The notes under the pieces were generated by a model. The model searched no databases, was not told the DNA's origin, and saw only the letters and a list, made by a program, of their open reading frames with translations. A stretch of 63,858 nt of DNA, filler included, from Octopus bimaculoides (taxonomy: Eukaryota): assembly GCF_001194135.2 (NCBI RefSeq). It is 5 parts of 3 records of this genome, joined end to end, with 100 filler letters (N's around TTAATTAATTAA, not from the genome) between each part and the next. Parts side by side here need not be neighbours in the genome. Positions count along the whole stretch, not along the records: positions 52,912 to 61,044 come from NC_068991.1; positions 61,145 to 63,858 come from NC_068991.1; 3 more parts are not named here. One strand, given 5' to 3'. Both the position numbers and the translations under genes were made by a program. Position 1 is the first letter of the stretch. Every line of letters starts with the position of its first letter. Positions 60,076 to 63,858 of the stretch are shown here, one piece after another.

Positions 60076-63000
60076 TCCTTTACTTATGAATCATACATAT
60101 AAACCCCAAAACACCAGCCAAAACTACTGAACCATAACAGAACCAGCTCGCCAAACAAGCCTTTCTTGGTTCCACCTCTTTTAGAACCATTTGATCATGT
60201 GACTGTCATCAACCACCCACATTCTTTTTAGAGAGAAAGCTATTATATGTCACCTTTTTTCAAAGACAGAACCGTCTTCTGATCACTTGACTGCCATTAA
60301 CCAACCACATTGTCTTTTAAAAAGAAAGCAATTTTGAGCCACCATCTCTGTATAAAATAGTGGTAACTGTTAAATTCCATCCAGACGCAAGATCCTACAA
60401 CCAGATCCGAGAACTATAAATGGTCTGTTGTTTCTCTACTCACCTTTTTTGAAATTTAAGATGCTGCAATCAATTATGGTTTCTGATCAATGTGAAACTA
60501 AAACTTTAGCACCGATTGATTGACAAACCAGACACGTTCTTGTCAAAAACTATTTGTTGATTTGGATATATCTATGTAAACTAATTTTTATCTTATCATT
60601 GTAAAAAATTTTATTACCTGATCTGAATGTTTTCGTGTAAACTATTTTTTTTACTCATCACAGAGAATACACAAATCCTCAAACGTTTTCTTATCATTGT
60701 CAAAGACTCTATCACTTGATTTGAATACATTTATATAAACTAATTTTTGACAACGCAGAGGATAGACAAAGCCTCACACTTTACTTTTGAAAATATTTTT
60801 AAATAACTGAAACCGGTTAAGTAAATAAATACTTTTAAAAGACTCCTGCATTTTCAAATTCTTTTCCTTACATATATATAAATTAAAAAGGTAAAGGACC
60901 CCTTCTGCCGTGAATGACCATGAGATTGTACCTAAAAGTTCCCCTCCGAGGCAGAAGTTCGGGCAAGGTTGTTTGACCAGCAATCGCCCATGCTTACCAG
61001 TCTCTCTTGTCCACGCCACCGATGTTATCCAAGAGAAAGGCAAANNNNNNNNNNNNNNNNNNNNNNNNNNNNNNNNNNNNNNNNNNNNTTAATTAATTAA
61101 NNNNNNNNNNNNNNNNNNNNNNNNNNNNNNNNNNNNNNNNNNNNTTATTTGGTCCAAGAGGAATGGGCTGTATTCACCCTCCTTGCCTGATCCCACAAAA
61201 CTAGTGAGGCTAATGCAGCTAATGATGTTGAACTTCAATCGCTGACAGTTGATGTCTGTAAATATGGTGGTGGTGGTAGTGGTGGTGGCAGCGGCGTTAG
61301 TGACAGTAGTAGTAGTGCTGGTGGTGGTGCAGGTGGTAGAAGTGATGGCAGTGTTAGTGGAAGAAAGTTCCTGAAGACTTGAAGGACTAGGAGTTATATT
61401 TATTTTGTGGGTCTGAAGAGAAGAGTTAACAGTAGTAGTCATGTTTGTTTGAGTGTGGATGGTAAGTTAGAAAGCCAGAACTCTTAATTCACAGGTTTAG
61501 CTCATCTAGTTGTATTTACAATAAAACATGTACATTATAGTTCCCTACTATAAGAAGCAAGTAAGTACATTGCATGATTAACAAACCTTTCCTTAATTTC
61601 TAATACTAGATTTCAAGTTGTTCTCTAATATATTTAGGCTATAGGAAGGAAACATCTCTGCAACAGTCACATCCAATTTCTAAAACCATTATGTCAGTTA
61701 TGCAAATTAAATCTGATACCATATAAGAAAGAATGCAAATTAGATCCCAGATACAAAGAGATAAAACTGTGTATATGAGACAGCTGTTACCAAGAAAGCT
61801 CTTTAGTGACTCAGGTCTCATTTACACATTTGCTCTCTTGTCTGCTGGAATTACATCTGCATACTTGCCTCCTTTAGTAGATTTCATCTACTTTCTCTAT
61901 GACCATCATACTATCACACATATAAAATAGAGCTTAGGGCATTATCCAGTTATGTCTTGGGGTACTCTGTAGCAAGGAAACTAATATATAGTACCTGGAA
62001 AATGCAGACAACTCCTTCATGGAGTGGTGTTCCATTTGAGACAGCGCTTTCAGAAAATAAATCATCAAAGAAGAATAACTGTTGCACAATGACACTTAAA
62101 CCTAACCCTAATTTACAGAATGTTTTGAGGTTTTATGTTATTGGTGGGAAGCAAATAATAGGGAAGAGAAGACAGGAGGAGGAGGTATTTTATCTAAGGG
62201 AAGAATACAACAGTAAGATATAATTTAAGGCTTGAAAGTTTTTATTGTATTATTCACTCTAGTACTGGTATATACAGTGTAAAAGTTTGCAATAATTTTT
62301 CACAAATATGGTGGCCATGGCCAAGAGAAACCACTGTACTAGATATAAAGCTGTATTCTTGAAACAAAGTCCTATATTTGCATCCAATGACATAAAAGTA
62401 GTGTCACACTTCAATTAAAGTTATAAGATTAAGATAAAAAAAAAAGGAAAGCATTAACTCATGAAAGTCATTGTTTAGATATACTCAACGATCTTGTACA
62501 TCTCAATTGTAAATTATTTTAAAAGAATTTTACTAACACAATATACTTTTCTACTATAGGTACAAGGCCTGAAATTTTGGAGGAGAGGGCTAATTAATTA
62601 CATTAATCCCAGTATTTGACTAGTACTTATTTCATTGACCCAGAAAGGATGAAAGACAAAGTTAACCTTGGTGAAATGTGAACTCAGAATGTAAAGACAG
62701 ACAAGGTAACACTAATCATTTTGTCCAGCATGCTAACAATTTTGTCAACAAATTTGTCAGCTTTAAGTTTTTTCCTTTTTTTTTTTTTGCTAACATATTA
62801 TAACTTATTATTTTTAAAATTTAATTCATTGATTCGTGGCCATACTGAGGCACAGCCTTCAAGGATGTAGTTGCTGATGACATTGACTTCAGTACATGTA
62901 GCTTGCTACTTATTTTATAGAACTCAGAAGAATGAAAGTCAATGTTGACCTTTGGACTCAGAACATACAGGGACATAACCAAATGTCACATGAAATTTTG

Positions 63001-63613
63001 TATGACATTCTTCCACTTGTGCCATGTACCACCTCATGAAAATGTGTGTTTGCATAGGGATGTGAATGTGTGATTGTCAGATTAAAAGTAATGTTTTACA
63101 GATAGTGATAAGCAAAAACTTAGAACAGAACTTGCAAATTTATTTTCTCTTACTTATTTTCAATCTGTTGATTTGAACAGGAGTCTGCAGAAGAAAACAT
63201 GGTGTTTTTAAGAATAGAACTTTTCATGCTATTATATTCAGCATAAACAAAAGCTTGAAGTCATCTAAATTCAAGTGAAATAAAATCATATTTCAGTGCC
63301 TGATTTCATTGAATAAGTTGAAAATAAATATTCTAAAAAGAACTTAGAAAGTTGTTTCAAACATGTTCATTTTTAACCCACCCCCACCCCACTTCCACTC
63401 CAATGTGTTTGCAAAACAATCTCACATTAAATTATTTAATTTTGAGAAAGTACACAGCCAAAGGCTAATAAGACCTGTGGAATTTGTCTGAAATTATAGA
63501 TGGCTCCAACCATGTGTAAAAAAAATTTTGAAACATCAACTTCTACTTTTCATGCAACTTCTTTCAAATTTCTAGTTGTCAAGCAACAGTAACATAAGTT
63601 TAAGTTAGTCCTC

Positions 63614-63858
63614 ATCATCATCATCATCATCGTTTAACGTCCGCTTTCCATGCTAGCATGGGTTGGACGATTTGACTGAGGACTGGTGAAACCGGATGGC
63701 AACACCAGGCTCCAGTCTGATTTGGCAGAGTTTCTACAGCTGGATGCCCTTCCTAACGCCAACCACTCAGAGAGTGTAGTGGGTGCTTTTACGTGTCACC
63801 CGCACGAAAACGGCCACGCTCGAAATGGTGTCTTTTATGTGCCACCCGCACAAGCCAG
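63614..63858 (-). mobile_element. RTE LINE 3' end, little diverged from the 8405 copy; runs off the window
   Basis: (cat)n then cgtttaacgtccgctttccatgctagcatgggttggacg. Confidence 0.9.

Overview
Eukaryotic (animal) genomic DNA. It is AT-rich, dense in microsatellites, and interrupted by scaffold gaps. The repeat families (tRNA-derived SINEs, RTE LINE 3' ends with (GAT)n tails, very long TA/CA/AAT tracts) look like those of a coleoid cephalopod, probably Octopus; this is inference, not a database result. The only host gene I can identify confidently is MRPL38 (mitoribosomal mL38, PEBP family) on the minus strand. I reconstructed seven exons by hand (50691/50679 to 32525), all with GT-AG introns and matching phases; the last exon is not found. 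One orphan plus-strand exon (13162-13383) suggests a second, unidentified gene. The rest is mostly transposon debris: Dong/R4-like, CRE-like, RTE, CR1/L2, Penelope-like, Gypsy, Tc1/Tc3/mariner, MITEs, foldback elements, SINEs and a 5'-truncated 5S rRNA copy. The most interesting items are (1) a TIR-bounded DNA transposon with convergent SAP and THAP exons inserted into a SINE (ISL2EU/PHIS-like), (2) two copies of a mariner derivative sharing an internal inversion and a deletion, (3) Penelope-type minimal hammerhead motifs, and (4) inverted RTE repeats bracketing MRPL38 splice sites. I see no CRISPR array or prokaryotic system, and nothing that proves a wholly new biological system.
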